From positions 1,096,835-1,160,834 of the forward strand of contig NZ_CP021455.1 of NCBI RefSeq assembly GCF_002158865.1: a stretch of DNA of 64,000 nucleotides, in the 5' to 3' direction. Within the stretch, counting starts at the first letter, position 1, and every line of letters begins with the position of its first letter. This document shows, piece after piece, positions 61,548-64,000 of this stretch. The stretch is from Comamonas serinivorans. GTDB taxonomy: Bacteria; Pseudomonadota; Gammaproteobacteria; Burkholderiales; Burkholderiaceae_C. The notes beneath the pieces were generated by a model. The model searched no databases. It was not told the DNA's origin and was given only the letters and a program-made list of their open reading frames with translations. Both the position numbers and the translations under genes were made by a program.

Positions 61548-62233
61548 GTCGAACGGGGCTCCAGGACGTAGCCCATGCCGCGAACCGTGTGCAACAGGGG
61601 GTGCGAAAACGGCTCGTCTATCTTGCTGCGGAGTCGGCGCACGGCCACGTCGATCACGTTCGTGCCATGGTCGAAGTTCACGTCCCAGACCTGCTCGGCG
61701 ATCTCGGTGCGCGACAAGACCTCGCCCGTGCGCCGCATCAGCAACGACAGCAGCTGGAACTCCTTGGCCGACAGGTCCAGCCGCCTGCCGTTCCGCGTGG
61801 CGCGCCGGCGGACCAGGTCCAGGTGCAGATCGGCCACGGTCAGCTGCAGCGTGTCGGCCAGGCCCGGCGCGGTCGCGCGCCGCAGCAGCACCTCGATGCG
61901 GGCCAGCAGCTCGGTGAACGCAAACGGCTTGACGAGGTAGTCGTCGGCGCCGGCCTTGAGCCCCTGCACGCGGTCTTCGACCTGGCCCCGTGCGGTCAGC
62001 ATCAGGATGGGGATGTGGGCCCGCGGTGACTGCCGGAGCGCCGCCAGCACCCCCAGGCCATCGATGCCGGGCAGCATGCCGTCCAACACGATGAGGTCGT
62101 GGTGGCCTTCGGTCGCAAGGTGCAGGCCATCGATGCCGTTGTGCGTCACCTCCACCACATAGCCTTCTTCGCCCAGCCCCTTGCGCAGGTAATCGGCCAG
62201 CTTGACCTCGTCTTCGACCACCAGGATCTTCAT
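61544..62233 (-). CDS. OmpR-family response regulator (CusR/CzcR-like)
   Basis: Receiver domain (MKILVVEDE...DLIVLDGMLPG) plus winged-helix output domain. Confidence 0.85.
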   Translation of the reverse strand: MKILVVEDEVKLADYLRKGLGEEGYVVEVTHNGIDGLHLATEGHHDLIVLDGMLPGIDGLGVLAALRQSPRAHIPILMLTARGQVEDRVQGLKAGADDYLVKPFAFTELLARIEVLLRRATAPGLADTLQLTVADLHLDLVRRRATRNGRRLDLSAKEFQLLSLLMRRTGEVLSRTEIAEQVWDVNFDHGTNVIDVAVRRLRSKIDEPFSHPLLHTVRGMGYVLEPRST

Positions 62234-62392
62234 GGCGCGATCCGATCCGTGGCGCGCCTCTGACATGACAGAACTGTCATCTGCCGGACCCGTTCCTGTT
62301 GGGTGCGGCTTCCTACAGTGGCCCCCATGCCTCGTGGCATGCGAGACGCGTTGAGAACACGTCCGCAATTTCCGCTGACAGGAGTGATCACC

Positions 62393-62716
62393 ATGAACAA
62401 GACTTTTTCCATTTTGACCATTGTCGCTGGCGTGCTGTCGGCCCCGGTGGCCGCGCATGCCGCATCGGCCTGGCACGAGGGCAACGGCAACGTGGTTCAG
62501 TTCACGCCCCACCACATCGGCTCCCAGCCGCGGGCCGAAGTGCAGGCCGACACCCGTGCGGCGCGCGAAGGCGGCACCCTGAGCACCTACCAGAGAGCGA
62601 TTCCCGTGCCGGGCAAAAGTTCGGCCAGCCCCAAGACGCGCGCCGAGGTGATCGAGGAGATGCGCACCCAGTCGCCGGAAGCCCGCCAGGCGTACAAGGC
62701 GCTGTACGGCGGCTGA
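62393..62716 (+). CDS. DUF4148-like small secreted protein
   Basis: Signal peptide. Conserved C-terminal KTRAEV...AYKALYGG. RBS AGGAG. Confidence 0.55.
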   Translation: MNKTFSILTIVAGVLSAPVAAHAASAWHEGNGNVVQFTPHHIGSQPRAEVQADTRAAREGGTLSTYQRAIPVPGKSSASPKTRAEVIEEMRTQSPEARQAYKALYGG

Positions 62717-62808
62717 TCGCCGCCGGGGGGGCGCCGACGCGCGCCGCGCTCGCATCGTCCAGGCCTGGCAGACGGCCTGAGACGATCTCCCTACAATCGC
62801 CCTCGCTC

Positions 62809-63246
62809 ATGAACCAGGCATCCCTTCGCAGCGCATCGAGCGGCGGCTCCGCCGCCGCGATGCCGGCTCGCCGTCAGCGGCTGGCCGGCTGGCTGCTGCT
62901 GGCCTTGCTGTGCCTGATGCCGCTGCAATTCAGTTGGGCGGCCGTGGCCCGCTATTGCCAGCACGAGGCCGTGGCCCCGGCTCAGCAGCCCCATGCCGGG
63001 CACCACAGCCACGAGCACCGGGCGCAGGTGGCGGGCGTGGTGTCCAGCCTGCCCGATGCGGATTGCCACTACTGCCATGCCTCGGTGGCGCCGTTCGTGA
63101 TCTCGCAGTACGCGCAGCAGGCGCCCAGTGTGCCGCCCCAGCAGCGGCTGCAGTCCCCCAACCCCGCTTTCCCTGGCTGGATTCCGCCCGGCATCGACCG
63201 CCCCAATTGGCCTTGGACCGACCGTTCCGGCATGGCGGAGGCTTGA
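62809..63246 (+). CDS. CzcI-like His/Cys-rich periplasmic metal-resistance accessory protein
   Basis: Signal peptide. HxxH/CxxC (HHSHEH, CHYCH) metal-binding-like motifs. Directly upstream of an outer-membrane efflux gene. Confidence 0.45.
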   Translation: MNQASLRSASSGGSAAAMPARRQRLAGWLLLALLCLMPLQFSWAAVARYCQHEAVAPAQQPHAGHHSHEHRAQVAGVVSSLPDADCHYCHASVAPFVISQYAQQAPSVPPQQRLQSPNPAFPGWIPPGIDRPNWPWTDRSGMAEA

Positions 63247-63306
63247 GCTTGCTTTGACCTTGGCCATGTCGGATTCACGTTGGTTCGAGACTGAACGGAG
63301 AATTCG

Positions 63307-64000
63307 ATGGGCAAAGTTCGTGTGCCGCTCGCCTGGTTGGCGTGTGCGGCCTTGGCCGGCAATGCGCTGGCGGATGAGGGTCGGCTGGGGGATGCAGCAC
63401 CCCCTGTGCGAGGCGGGTTGAGCGAGCCCGCCCCTGCGCCCGCGACGGGCGCAGGGCTGGACCTGGCGACGGCGTTGCACCGCGCCGAGGCGCGCAGCCC
63501 CGACATGGCGGCCTCACAGCTGGAGGCGGAGGCGACGCGCCACGAGCTGGCGCAGGCGGGTGTTCGGCCCAACCCTGAACTGGGGGTGGACGTGGAGGAC
63601 GCGAACCGTCGCCAGCGCACGACCACCGTGCTGCTGAGCCAGCGCATGGAGCTGGGCGGCAAGCGCGACGCGCGGGTGCAGGCCGCGCGCAAGGCCAGCG
63701 AGCTGGCCACCGTTCAGACGCAGCAGCAGCGCGTGGAAACGCGTGCGGCGGTGACCCGCGCGTTCTTCGACACCCTGATCGCGCAGGAGCGCGTCCAGCT
63801 GGCGCAAGAGGCCTTGAACCTGGCGCAGCTCGGCGCCGCGGTGGCCGACAAGCGCGTGCAGGCGGGCAAGGTGTCGCCGGTCGAGCTGACCCGGGCCCGT
63901 GTGGCCCAGGCGCAGACGCGCATGGCGCTGACCCAGGCGCAGGGCGAGCTGCAGACCAGCCTGCACGCGCTGCATGCGGCGCTGGGCGGCGACACCCGCG
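63307..64000 (+). CDS. TolC-family outer-membrane efflux protein (CzcC/CusC-like), 3' end outside the window
   Basis: Signal peptide and coiled-coil OMF repeats. No stop before the window end, so it is absent from the ORF track. Confidence 0.7.
   Translation, partial: MGKVRVPLAWLACAALAGNALADEGRLGDAAPPVRGGLSEPAPAPATGAGLDLATALHRAEARSPDMAASQLEAEATRHELAQAGVRPNPELGVDVEDANRRQRTTTVLLSQRMELGGKRDARVQAARKASELATVQTQQQRVETRAAVTRAFFDTLIAQERVQLAQEALNLAQLGAAVADKRVQAGKVSPVELTRARVAQAQTRMALTQAQGELQTSLHALHAALGGDTR

Overview
This is a high-GC (about 68-70%) betaproteobacterial-type chromosomal segment, Comamonadaceae-like by codon usage and gene content. It is densely packed with mostly housekeeping genes on both strands. 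Many long ORFs in the six-frame track are antisense or off-frame GC artefacts. Frames were chosen by GC3 bias, homology motifs and ribosome-binding sites.

Recognisable genes include a Rep/UvrD-type helicase C-terminus, an HtpX-like M48 peptidase, lemA, an MFS-lysophospholipid acyltransferase fusion, an SDR, an HCCA-isomerase/DsbA-family protein, ridA, ugd, Maf, an RsmI-like methylase, a LysE exporter, RluE and hisD. Also present are a Bug/TctC binding protein, a cobalamin-dependent metH lacking the homocysteine-binding domain, purU, bfr, an FKBP lipoprotein, rhlE, lysA, a TerC/CBS protein and a GNAT. There are two cidAB/lrgAB-like pairs, one divergent from a LysR regulator, and a czc-like metal efflux locus (two-component system, czcI-like gene, outer-membrane factor running off the window end). 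A lipid A/core uronic-acid modification cluster runs GT2, ArnT-like GT39, UDP-GlcA 4-epimerase, Ugd.

The most interesting region is an rtc-type RNA-repair locus at about 32.9-42.2 kb. RtcR (CARF plus sigma-54 activator) is flanked by three sigma-54 promoters. Two of the promoters are followed immediately by tRNA-like structured RNA elements. The plus-strand element is a full cloverleaf with a 16-bp acceptor-like stem, reminiscent of bacterial Y RNA. rtcB is absent. In its place sit a SIMPL-like ORF, a 965-aa protein of unknown function and a 248-aa unknown ORF, followed by rtcA with its own sigma-54 promoter. On the divergent side lie an SPFH/band-7 protein and a 206-aa unknown. A shared CTTGATTCAT motif lies about 110-150 bp upstream of all three sigma-54 promoters and is a candidate RtcR enhancer.

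A second striking feature is a family of 52-58 bp nested-palindromic intergenic repeats, with at least 18 copies in 64 kb. Its form is GTATGG ... CCGTT-loop-AACGG ... CCATAC.

Coordinates were derived from the ORF track plus hand indexing and may be off by 1-2 nt.
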